NCBI GenBank assembly: GCA_964539465.1
Contig: CAZIIL010000001.1
Location: 1 to 26,105, forward strand
Source: an uncultured Candidatus Saccharibacteria bacterium
GTDB taxonomy: Bacteria > Patescibacteriota > Minisyncoccia > Minisyncoccales > CAYTKG01
DNA length: 26,105 nt
Direction of reading: 5' to 3'
Shown piece after piece: positions 1 to 7,629 of this stretch. The stretch's first letter is position 1. Every line of letters begins with the position of its first letter. Position numbers and translations under genes: made by a program. The notes beneath the pieces were generated by a model. That model made no database searches. It saw only the letters and a program-made list of their open reading frames with translations, and was not told where the DNA came from.

Positions 1-474
1 AGGCTTGGATGGGATGGGGAGGTAACGCCTGATGTGTCCCTTGACGCCGAAGGCGTTGATTCCTCAACATCAGGTATTGAGGGGGGTGGAGAAATAGGAC
101 CTATGGAACAAATAGGGCAAATAGTAAAGCAAGCCCTCGCTGCGCTCGGGCTTGTATTTGAGGAAGGAGCAGCCCATATTGAGAAATTATTTGCCAAGGA
201 AATCGTGGTTGAGACAGCCAAGATTGAAAGGATAGAAATGATAGACCAAGCAACAGGAGAACCCTGGTGCACATGGATTGAAAATGGCGAATGGCTCAGG
301 GCGCAGGCATCTTGTGAAGACCTGCAACAAGGCGATGTGGAGTTGATATCTCCAAGCAGTGCAGGCGAGGAAGAAACAGGAGAAACAGAAGAGGCGTCAG
401 AGGATATTGAAGCCCAGATACAGCGTTTGCAGGAGATGATGGAGGAGTTGTTGGAAATGAGAGAAGGTCTATAG
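1..474 (+). CDS. C-terminal part (5'-truncated) of a probable large secreted/surface protein, acidic tail
   Basis: Frame is open from position 1 (RLGWDGEVTPDVSLDAEG...) to TAG at 472-474, so the gene starts outside the window. The segment LGLVFEEGAAHIEKLFAKEIVV..IEMIDQATGEPWCTWIENGEW resembles C-termini of CPR giant/tail-fibre-like proteins (recollection, unverified). Confidence 0.55.
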   Translation, partial: RLGWDGEVTPDVSLDAEGVDSSTSGIEGGGEIGPMEQIGQIVKQALAALGLVFEEGAAHIEKLFAKEIVVETAKIERIEMIDQATGEPWCTWIENGEWLRAQASCEDLQQGDVELISPSSAGEEETGETEEASEDIEAQIQRLQEMMEELLEMREGL

Positions 475-574
475 GACAAATAGGACGAATACGCCTCAAG
501 GCAAAGTTTCACTTTGCTTTAAGGGGGAGCAAGCAGATAAAATCTGCTCGCCCTGCAGAGCTTTGCTCCGCAGA
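471..574 (+). repeat. Mosaic palindromic element, copy 1
   Basis: ATAGGACAA-ATAGGACGA-ATACGC, then hairpins CAAGGCAAAG-TTTCA-CTTTGCTTT, GAGCAAGCAGAT-AAA-ATCTGCTCGC and GCAGAGCTTTGCTCCGC. Confidence 0.9.
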
Positions 575-606
575 ACACAAAAAGCCCTTGAAAGGGCTTT
601 TTGTGT
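575..606. terminator. Bidirectional intrinsic terminator
   Basis: Perfect 14-bp stem ACACAAAAAGCCCT-TGAA-AGGGCTTTTTGTGT with A and T tracts. Confidence 0.8.
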
Positions 607-615
607 GTGTTTTTA

Positions 616-624
616 TGTTAAAAT
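616..624 (+). promoter_or_regulatory. Extended -10 promoter (TGnTAAAAT), probably leaderless transcript
   Basis: TG-T-TAAAAT ends 6 nt before the ATG at 631; no SD present. Confidence 0.5.
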
Positions 625-630
625 AAAGCG

Positions 631-1692
631 ATGAAAAAGAGATTATTAGTAATTGACGCTAATGCGTTGGTGCATCGGGCATATCATGCCTTGCCGCCGC
701 TGAAAACAAAGAAAGGCGAATTGGTCAACGCTGTTTATGGCTTTTTATCAGTTTTTCTGAAAACAATAAAAGAACTCAAGCCGGATTATGTGGCGGCTTG
801 TTTTGATATGCCGGGTCCGACCTTTAGGCATAAAGAGTATAAAGAATACAAGGCAACACGGCCCAAAGCGCCAGATGAATTATATGAACAGATTCCAAAA
901 ATCAAGAGCTTTTTAGATGTTTTTAATGTCCCAATTTTTGAGAAACAGGGATTTGAGGCGGACGATATTCTTGCTACTATAGCAGAGAGTATGAGTGGGA
1001 CTAATGGGACCAGTACGCAGCAAGGCAAAGATAAGCTCCGCCCTGGAGAAGAAATAGAAACAATCATACTCACCGGAGATATGGATATCTTGCAGTTGGT
1101 GGGCAAGAATACCAAAGTATTTGCTTTGAGAAAAGGCATAAAAGATATGGTTTTATACGATAGCGCTAAGGTTCAAGAAAAATACGGCCTCTCCCCTGCT
1201 CAAATATCAGATATGAAAGGGTTGATGGGCGACGCTTCTGACAATATTCCTGGAGTGCCGGGCATTGGGCCAAAGACAGCCAGCCAATTACTTCAAAACT
1301 TTGATACGCTGGAGGGGGTTTATAAAGACGGGCTGGCAGAGCCAGCCCGTCACAATAAGACCTATAAAACCAATAGGACCAATACGCTCGCCGAAGAGGC
1401 GGGGAAGAGACGGGCTGGCCAAGCCAGCCCGTCTGGCGGAGCTTCGCTCCGCAGGGAAAGCGCAATAAGCCCGAGAATAAAAGAACTGTTGCTAAAATAC
1501 AAGGAGCAAGTGTTTCTTTCAAGGATGCTGGCAACTCTTAGATATGATGTACCTGTTCGTTTTCAACTGCAGGATTGTTTGTGGAAGGATTTTAACAAAG
1601 AAAAAGCAGCCCAGATGCTAAAGGATTTCGAATTTTATAGTTTGATTCAAAGATTGCCTGGAGAGCAAAGAGAACAGCGCGCCTTGTTTTAA
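631..1692 (+). CDS. Stand-alone 5'-3' exonuclease/flap endonuclease (PolA N-terminal domain) with two repeat-derived in-frame insertions
   Basis: LVIDANALVHRAYHA, FEADDILAT, ILTGDMD, LMGDASDNIPGVPGIGPKTA (H3TH motif). No polymerase domain follows. Confidence 0.93.
   Translation: MKKRLLVIDANALVHRAYHALPPLKTKKGELVNAVYGFLSVFLKTIKELKPDYVAACFDMPGPTFRHKEYKEYKATRPKAPDELYEQIPKIKSFLDVFNVPIFEKQGFEADDILATIAESMSGTNGTSTQQGKDKLRPGEEIETIILTGDMDILQLVGKNTKVFALRKGIKDMVLYDSAKVQEKYGLSPAQISDMKGLMGDASDNIPGVPGIGPKTASQLLQNFDTLEGVYKDGLAEPARHNKTYKTNRTNTLAEEAGKRRAGQASPSGGASLRRESAISPRIKELLLKYKEQVFLSRMLATLRYDVPVRFQLQDCLWKDFNKEKAAQMLKDFEFYSLIQRLPGEQREQRALF
996..1045 (+). repeat. Degenerate mosaic element inside the exonuclease CDS
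   Basis: 996-1030 matches intergenic copy 10114-10148 at 30/35 nt; encodes GTNGTSTQQGKDKLRP. Confidence 0.75.
1328..1463 (+). repeat. Full mosaic element inside the exonuclease CDS
   Basis: ACGGGCTGGC-AGA-GCCAGCCCGT, degenerate 9-mers ending AATAGGACCAATACGC, CGCCGAAGAGGCGGGG, AGACGGGCTGGC-CAA-GCCAGCCCGTCT, GCGGAGCTTCGCTCCGC. Confidence 0.92.
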
Positions 1693-1707
1693 ACAAAAGG
1701 GGCAATG

Positions 1708-1716
1708 TGGTAAAAT
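1708..1716 (+). promoter_or_regulatory. Extended -10 promoter candidate for the signalling locus
   Basis: TG-G-TAAAAT about 50 nt upstream of the ATG at 1769. Confidence 0.4.
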
Positions 1717-1768
1717 GAGAAAAAGGCTAAAAGGTCGGGTTAGTAATTATTAATTATCAAAAAATACT

Positions 1769-2332
1769 ATGAACGAAGAAAAACAATATTCAGAAGAAGC
1801 GCAGTGGTTTCTGCACAATCTTCAACGACTTCAGGACGACTTTGCTGAAGCGGTTGGAGCTCAGATTGTAACAACAGATAAAGAAGGCGCTTTATTGACC
1901 AAGATGAGCGGACAGCAAAAGATTTGCCAGATTATTCAAAGGACAGAAAAAGGAAAACAAGGATGCCAAAATGCCTATGAAACAGCACTTTCGCTGGTAA
2001 AAAAGATGAAAGAAGCGGCATTTATGGATTGCCATGCCGGACTTGCTTCGCTCTGGGTCCCGATTAAGGTGAGAGATGAAATAGTGGGTTCTATTACTGG
2101 ATGTGGCGGGAGGTATGACCGTGGTGAATCAGAGGAAGAGTTAAGAGAAAAGTTTGCTGCCAAAGCAGATGAATTGGGAGTGGTAGAAGAAGATAAAAAA
2201 GAGTTTCTTGATGCGCTATCTGAAGTAAAAGTAATTACCGAAGAAGAAATGCGGAAAAGAGCTGAAAGATTGGCAAAATTGGTGGGAATATTGGCCCAAG
2301 AGACTGCTATGAGTGAGGTTTTTGGGCTGTGA
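1769..2332 (+). CDS. Stand-alone PocR ligand-binding (sensory) domain protein
   Basis: LQRLQDDFAEAVGAQIVTTDKEG..., CQII...C, CHAGLASLWVPIKVRDEIVGSI match the PocR domain pattern. Confidence 0.8.
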   Translation: MNEEKQYSEEAQWFLHNLQRLQDDFAEAVGAQIVTTDKEGALLTKMSGQQKICQIIQRTEKGKQGCQNAYETALSLVKKMKEAAFMDCHAGLASLWVPIKVRDEIVGSITGCGGRYDRGESEEELREKFAAKADELGVVEEDKKEFLDALSEVKVITEEEMRKRAERLAKLVGILAQETAMSEVFGL

Positions 2333-2333
2333 C

Positions 2334-2370
2334 GGGGAGGCGGGCTGGCTTTGCCAGCCCGCAATAGGAC
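2334..2370 (+). repeat. Mosaic element (single hairpin plus one 9-mer core)
   Basis: GGGAG-GCGGGCTGGC-TTT-GCCAGCCCGC-AATAGGAC. Confidence 0.85.
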
Positions 2371-2377
2371 AATCACT

Positions 2378-3244
2378 ATGGAAGCCAATACTGAATTTAA
2401 GGAAATCTCATCTAAATTAAGAGCTGATATTAATTCAACCAAGAAGATGTTGGCGGTTTTTGCTTTCTTAACCATTTTCTTAAAATTCATTATTGGCACT
2501 TCTATTCCCATCGAGATATTAATTCTGCTTGCTATCTGGTTTTGTCTTTATGCCTTTGTTTATTTTTATTTTCTGAAGATACCCAAGACATCTCAAGGTC
2601 TCTATAAATTTTATTTTTCTTACAGCATAGTTGATTTTCTGGTATTAACATTAATTGTCCACTATATGGGCGGCGCAGAGTGGATGGGCATTATTCTTTA
2701 TGTCATAACCCTAGTTTTAGCCGGACTGCTTCTGCCAAAAAAACAAACTATGCTCTTAAGCATTATTGCGTTTTCCTATTATTCAAGTTTGGTTATTTTC
2801 GAATATTTTGGTTTTATTTCTCATAAACCCCTCTTTCCCCTTGAGCCTGGGCTCTACCGTTCTCTCCCCTTTTTAATCACCCAACTTATTATTGGCAGCG
2901 CCGTCTTTTATTTTATTGCTGACTCGATTGGCAGTTTTTCAGAGAAATTAAGAGAACAAAGAAAACAATTGGATGAGGAAAGAGAGAAAGTAAATAAGGC
3001 CTATGAAATGGCGAAGGAGGCAGAAAGCGTTTTAGAGATAAAGGTTAAGGCGAGGACGAAAGAATTAGAAGAGTTAGCAGAAAACAGGGAGCAGATTATT
3101 AAGGAGAGAACAAAGGAACTTCAGGAAAAAGTAAAGGACTTAGAGAGATTCCAGAAGATTGCTGTTGATAGAGAATTGAAGATGGTAGAGCTAAAGAAAA
3201 CCCTTCGTTCTGCGAAAAAGCGGAATAAGGATTATGAAAATTAA
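2378..3244 (+). CDS. Multi-pass membrane sensor with C-terminal coiled coil and no catalytic domain
   Basis: About 6 hydrophobic helices, then ...KARTKELEELAENREQIIKERTKELQEKVKDLERFQKIAVDRELKMVELK. Start placed at ATG 2378 because the upstream 9 codons are repeat-derived. Confidence 0.75.
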   Translation: MEANTEFKEISSKLRADINSTKKMLAVFAFLTIFLKFIIGTSIPIEILILLAIWFCLYAFVYFYFLKIPKTSQGLYKFYFSYSIVDFLVLTLIVHYMGGAEWMGIILYVITLVLAGLLLPKKQTMLLSIIAFSYYSSLVIFEYFGFISHKPLFPLEPGLYRSLPFLITQLIIGSAVFYFIADSIGSFSEKLREQRKQLDEEREKVNKAYEMAKEAESVLEIKVKARTKELEELAENREQIIKERTKELQEKVKDLERFQKIAVDRELKMVELKKTLRSAKKRNKDYEN

Positions 3245-3246
3245 GT

Positions 3247-3843
3247 ATGCAAGAAAAACTTATAAAGAAAACAGCCGAGAGGTTGATGAATATTAAAGGA
3301 GAGGCAAGAGGCGTTATTTTAAAGACCGATGCTAAGTTTGTCGAAGGAAAAACTGGAGAAAAAGGATTAGAGCGATTGGAGCAGTGGCTCAAAGAGATGG
3401 GCTATCCAATAGAATATGAAAAGATTGAAACAATGGATTTTTACCCTATTGGTTTAAGAGTTATTTCCCTATTGGCAGTCCGAGAAGCTCTTGGTCTTTC
3501 TGATGATGGTGTCAGGAAGATGGGAAGGCATGCTCCAAAGATTTCTTTGGTGCTGAAACTATTTATGAAATTCTTTCTCTCCGTCGAAAAGACAATTGAG
3601 CAGGTTCCTGAGATGTGGAAGAAGCACTATACAATTGGAGAGTTAATTGCCGAAGCCGACGAAGAGAAGCGATATGCAAGGATAGAACTCAAGGGCCCAA
3701 TGATTCACCCCGTATTTTATCTTTATTTAGAGGGCTATTTCTCTATGGTTTTACAAATGGTTGTTAATAGCCCTGTTTTTTGTGAGGGAACGAAACGCGT
3801 CTCTGGGGAAGAGAGCTATTATGAATATCTGCTTAAATGGTGA
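3247..3843 (+). CDS. H-NOX/V4R-like ligand-binding protein
   Basis: KGEARGVILKTDAKFV...GLERLEQWL..MG..I...I..MDFYPIG and C-terminal HPVFYLYLEGYF...CEGTK...YEYLLKW resemble H-NOX/V4R (DUF2378-like) proteins. Starts 2 nt after the upstream stop. Confidence 0.6.
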   Translation: MQEKLIKKTAERLMNIKGEARGVILKTDAKFVEGKTGEKGLERLEQWLKEMGYPIEYEKIETMDFYPIGLRVISLLAVREALGLSDDGVRKMGRHAPKISLVLKLFMKFFLSVEKTIEQVPEMWKKHYTIGELIAEADEEKRYARIELKGPMIHPVFYLYLEGYFSMVLQMVVNSPVFCEGTKRVSGEESYYEYLLKW

Positions 3844-3911
3844 AAATCCACAGACATTTCTGTTGAGCCCGAGAAAATATTAAATGTTAGTCAACCAATA
3901 GATTAATCAAG

Positions 3912-5459
3912 ATGGATTCATTGCGACCTAAAAAAAGAGACATAAAAATCTCCTCTTTATTGGAGGACTTATCAATACTTGAAGATTACGCTCAAGACCT
4001 TTTTAATTTTTCCCCTCTACCCGTTTGTCTTATAAGCCCCGTAGGGGTGATATTAGAGGCCAATCCTGCTTTTGAAAAAATCTCCGGGTCTGAAATAGAT
4101 GGGATCATTGGTGAACCTGCTGAAAGATTCTTTGAAAAGGACCAAATTAAAGCATTGACAACTGATATTTTAAAAGGGAAGAGAGAGATTATCGAGGGCA
4201 GGGAGATAAAGTTTCTGCCTCAAGGGAAGCAATCTATGGTTGTCCATGTCTTTGCTAAGGCAAGGAATGACCAGAGCGGAGAAACCGTTGGTTATTTTTT
4301 AGGTTTTTTTAATTTAACAGAGATTAAAAATGCAGAGAAAGAATTAAAAAAGACCCAAAAAGCGCTTTTGAATATTTTAGAAGACACGAAAGGGGCAAAG
4401 GACAGGGCTGAGCAAGAAAAAGAAAAAACCCAGGCAATCATTACTAATTTTACGGACGGCCTTTTGGTTTTTGACAGGAAATATAGATTAATTCTGATAA
4501 ATCCTAAGGCAGAGAGTTTTTTGAATGTTGGGGGAAAAAAGATATATGGGAAATCTCTCTTGGAACTTGCAAAGATTTCGGAATGCAAGTCACTCATTAA
4601 ATTATTGGGAAACACAATTGAGGATATCTTCAGAAAAGAATTAGACATGGGAGAAGAATTTGTTTTAGAAGTATCAGCCATTTCTTTGAAAAAAGAAGCA
4701 GAGGGTTTTGGATACCTGGTTATTCTGCATGATATAAGCAGAGAAAAAATAATTGAAAGATTGAAGACCGAATTCGTCTCTATTTCTGCCCATCAATTAA
4801 GAACGCCTTTATCAGCTATTAAGTGGACATTGAAGATGTTGCTCGACGGAGATTTGGGAGGCATTACTGCGGAACAAAGAGAATTCTTGAACAGAACATA
4901 TGACTCAAACGAGAGGATGATTAATTTGATAAATTCTCTCCTTAATGTATCGAGGATTGAAGAGGGCAGATTTGTGTACAAGCCAGTTTTTGTCAATCTT
5001 GCTGCGATGACAAAGTCATTGTTAGATGATTATCAGGAGATGATAAAGCAGAAAGGGGTTATAATAAAATTTATAAAACCTTCTAAGCCGCTACCCAAGG
5101 TTTTTGCAGATAAAGAGAAAATAGGATTAGCGATACAGAATCTTATTGATAATGCCATCAGATATACTCCTGCCGGAAAGAAAGTAATCATTTCTCTGCG
5201 GCGCGTCAAAGATGAAGTTGAGTTTAACATCAAGGATGAGGGAGTGGGCATTCCTAAAAAGCAGCAGAATAGAATATTCACTAAATTTTTTAGAGGAACC
5301 AATGTGGTAAAGTTAGATACCGATGGTTCGGGTTTAGGGCTTTTTATCACCAAGAATATTATTAAAGCGCATAAAGGGAAAATTTGGTTTGAATCAAAGC
5401 AAAGAAAGGGCAGCACTTTTCGGTTCACCTTGCCCACTAAAACAACGCCAAAGGAATAA
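3912..5459 (+). CDS. Cytoplasmic PAS-PAS sensor histidine kinase (HisKA + HATPase_c)
   Basis: Two PAS-like segments, H-box EFVSISAHQLRTPL, N-box NLIDNAIRY, G1 DEGVGI, F-box FTKFFRG, G2 GSGLGL; no transmembrane segments seen. Confidence 0.93.
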   Translation: MDSLRPKKRDIKISSLLEDLSILEDYAQDLFNFSPLPVCLISPVGVILEANPAFEKISGSEIDGIIGEPAERFFEKDQIKALTTDILKGKREIIEGREIKFLPQGKQSMVVHVFAKARNDQSGETVGYFLGFFNLTEIKNAEKELKKTQKALLNILEDTKGAKDRAEQEKEKTQAIITNFTDGLLVFDRKYRLILINPKAESFLNVGGKKIYGKSLLELAKISECKSLIKLLGNTIEDIFRKELDMGEEFVLEVSAISLKKEAEGFGYLVILHDISREKIIERLKTEFVSISAHQLRTPLSAIKWTLKMLLDGDLGGITAEQREFLNRTYDSNERMINLINSLLNVSRIEEGRFVYKPVFVNLAAMTKSLLDDYQEMIKQKGVIIKFIKPSKPLPKVFADKEKIGLAIQNLIDNAIRYTPAGKKVIISLRRVKDEVEFNIKDEGVGIPKKQQNRIFTKFFRGTNVVKLDTDGSGLGLFITKNIIKAHKGKIWFESKQRKGSTFRFTLPTKTTPKE

Positions 5460-5506
5460 GAAAAAACGCCAAGGTTTTAGGTTTTATTCTCTTGACTCAA
5501 TTATTT

Positions 5507-5515
5507 TGTTATAAT
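5507..5515 (+). promoter_or_regulatory. Extended -10 promoter candidate (TGnTATAAT) upstream of the first receiver
   Basis: TG-T-TATAAT followed by an AT-rich leader; no properly spaced -35. Confidence 0.4.
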
Positions 5516-5563
5516 GGAAAGGTATTAAGTATAAAGTATAAAATTAAATATTAAATATAAAGT

Positions 5564-5947
5564 ATGGTGGCAAGCATAAGAAAAAAGATTTTATTAATAG
5601 AAGACGAAGAAATAATGATTGATTTACTCCAAAGGAAGTTGGAGAAAGAGGGCTACGAAGTAAAACTTGCTCGGGATGGAGAAGAGGGTTTAGAAAAAAT
5701 AAGACAGGAAATGCCGGATTTAGTTCTCTTAGACATTGTTATGCCGAAAGTGGGAGGGCTTGAGGTTATGGAAGAGATTAGCAAAGACCAAGAATTGAAA
5801 AAGAAACCAGTGATTATTATTTCCAATTCAGGCCAGCCAGTGGAATTAGAAAGAGTTAAGGAATTAGGGGCTCGAGATTGGTTGATAAAAACTGAATTTG
5901 ACCCGCAGGAGGTATTAGATAAAGTTAAGCAGCAGATAGGAAAATAA
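5564..5947 (+). CDS. Single-domain response regulator (receiver only)
   Basis: ILLIEDEE, PDLVLLDIVMP (phospho-Asp), IIISNSG, LIKTEFDP. Confidence 0.93.
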   Translation: MVASIRKKILLIEDEEIMIDLLQRKLEKEGYEVKLARDGEEGLEKIRQEMPDLVLLDIVMPKVGGLEVMEEISKDQELKKKPVIIISNSGQPVELERVKELGARDWLIKTEFDPQEVLDKVKQQIGK

Positions 5948-6120
5948 ATCTCAAATCTTTCACCCACCCGAATTTTCGAAGAAAATTTGAGTGGACAAGA
6001 ATCTACATCTCAAAACCTTAAATCTTTTAGTTTTTCATCTATTAGTTTTGAGATTTGGCTGACCTGCCTCGCCGAAGACGACGAGTCGAGGCGGGAAGAC
6101 TCGTTCGGTGAGACGAGGCG
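5947..6120. repeat. Composite repeat region: heptamer inverted array, short palindrome and GC hairpin module
   Basis: TCTCAAAAC (6008-6016) pairs with GTTTTGAGA (6046-6054); AATTTTC-GAA-GAAAATT; CCTGCCTCG...CGAGGCGGG. Confidence 0.6.
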
Positions 6121-6146
6121 TTAAAATATATTAATTTTAACTGACA

Positions 6147-6524
6147 ATGGGAAACGCCACTAAAAAAATTCTTATTATCGAGGATGATAAATTTCTGAGA
6201 CAGTTGATTGTCCGCAAATTAACAGAGGAGGGCTATGATATCTCTGAGGCAGTGGATGGAGAGGAGGGAGTAAAGAAAGTGAAAGAGATAATGCCCGACC
6301 TGATTTTGTTAGACCTGATACTGCCCGGTATTGATGGTTTTGAGGTTTTATCTCGGATAAAGAGCGATGAGCCCACCAAGAAGATTCCGGTGATTATCCT
6401 TTCTAATCTTGGCCAGAAAGAAGATGTTGAAAGGGGTTTGAATCTGGGAGCGGTTGATTACTTGATAAAAGCGCATTTTACTCCAGGCGAGATTGTTGAG
6501 AAAATAAGAAGCGTTTTGGAGTAA
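6147..6524 (+). CDS. Single-domain response regulator (receiver only)
   Basis: ILIIEDDK, PDLILLDLILP, IILSNLG, LIKAHFTP. Confidence 0.93.
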   Translation: MGNATKKILIIEDDKFLRQLIVRKLTEEGYDISEAVDGEEGVKKVKEIMPDLILLDLILPGIDGFEVLSRIKSDEPTKKIPVIILSNLGQKEDVERGLNLGAVDYLIKAHFTPGEIVEKIRSVLE

Positions 6525-6526
6525 AA

Positions 6527-6680
6527 ATAGGACGCATATGCCGCAAGGCAAAGTGAAACTTTGCCTTGTGTTGCCAGCCCGCTCTTGGTAGCGGACTTTT
6601 CTTTTCTGTGGAAAACCTGTGTATAAAGTGTTCGATGCCGGGCATCGAACACTTTATAAAAACTGGCCACTGCCAGTTTT
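6527..6680 (+). repeat. Mosaic element with paired DnaA-box-like motifs and an 18-bp palindrome
   Basis: ATAGGAC, CGCAAGGCAAAGTGAAACTTTGCCTTGTG, GCCAGCCCGC, TGTGGAAAA-CC-TGTGTATAA, TATAAAGTGTTCGATGCC-G-GGCATCGAACACTTTATA, AAAACTGGC-CACT-GCCAGTTTT. Confidence 0.88.
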
Positions 6681-7609
6681 TAAATTTGAACGATTAAGAG
6701 GTCTATGGCGGACTCGGCGTCAATCTTTCCGGTTTTAATATCAAGGTCTGTCTGAATAATCTTTTGGTATATTTTTCTGAGCTCTTTGAGTTCAAACCCC
6801 TGGCTTAGTTGGTAGATTTTCCTGATTTGAAACGGACGCCAACCCAGATTCCAGATTGACTGTTGATTCTTGAGATGTTCTTTCATAAGCAGCAGTTTTC
6901 TAAACTCAAAAGCGATCATAGAAAGCAGATACAAGGGAGATTCACCTCTTTCTAAGTCCTGATGAAGAAAAGCAATCGCTTTCTGTTTTTGTTTGGAGGC
7001 AATAAGGTCCAATGTTTTAAAGATGCTTTCTTGAGAATCAGTCCTTATAATGATTTCTATATCTGATTCTGATATAGATGTCTTATCGTTTCTTTTATAA
7101 CTAACTAATTTTTGAATTTCGTTGGAAAGACGCCATAAGTCATTTCCTGTTGCTTTAAGCAAAAGCTGGAGGGCTTTTGGTTTTATTCTTGCCCCATATG
7201 CGGAGAATTCTTTTTTTGTCCAGCTTTCTAAAGCATTGGTTTTCAGCGGCTTAAACTCCTGCGTCTGACTATTTTTCTTTAAGGCAATAAAAAAAGGGTT
7301 CTTTGCGGGAACCTCTTTCCTCTCATAAAACACAATAATATCTTTTGCTCCAGAAAGCCTTTTAAGAGCTTTTATAGATTTCTGTTGGAATAAAGGATTC
7401 GCAGATACATTCTTTAGAACGAATAATCTATTTTCTCTAAATATAGACCGAGTTTGAAATTCATCCCGAAAGTCCTTAAACAGAGAATTTTCTAAATCAA
7501 AAACTCTTAGGTTGAGACCATTCTTGTGGACTTTTTCGTATTCTTCGATAATTTCTTTGAGTTTGCGCAGCGACCTGAAATTATCTTTTCCATAAAGAAA
7601 AATTATCAT
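6680..7609 (-). CDS. holA: DNA polymerase III subunit delta
   Basis: MIIFLYGKD.FRS, GNDLWRLSNEIQKL, IFKTLDLIA, DLDIKTGKID; adjacent to rpsT. Confidence 0.88.
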   Translation of the reverse strand: MIIFLYGKDNFRSLRKLKEIIEEYEKVHKNGLNLRVFDLENSLFKDFRDEFQTRSIFRENRLFVLKNVSANPLFQQKSIKALKRLSGAKDIIVFYERKEVPAKNPFFIALKKNSQTQEFKPLKTNALESWTKKEFSAYGARIKPKALQLLLKATGNDLWRLSNEIQKLVSYKRNDKTSISESDIEIIIRTDSQESIFKTLDLIASKQKQKAIAFLHQDLERGESPLYLLSMIAFEFRKLLLMKEHLKNQQSIWNLGWRPFQIRKIYQLSQGFELKELRKIYQKIIQTDLDIKTGKIDAESAIDLLIVQI

Positions 7610-7629
7610 CCGTTTATTCTATAAACCTC

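Noticed and set aside
613-623. TTATGTTAAAA as the XerD arm of a dif site
   Set aside because: No XerC-like arm at the 6-bp spacing; better explained as an extended -10.
996-1030. DGR template/variable repeat pair with 10114-10148
   Set aside because: Only 3 of 5 differences are at adenines, the match is short and no reverse transcriptase is nearby.
631-1692. polA pseudogene
   Set aside because: Frame and catalytic motifs are intact with a clean stop; stand-alone exonuclease genes are known.
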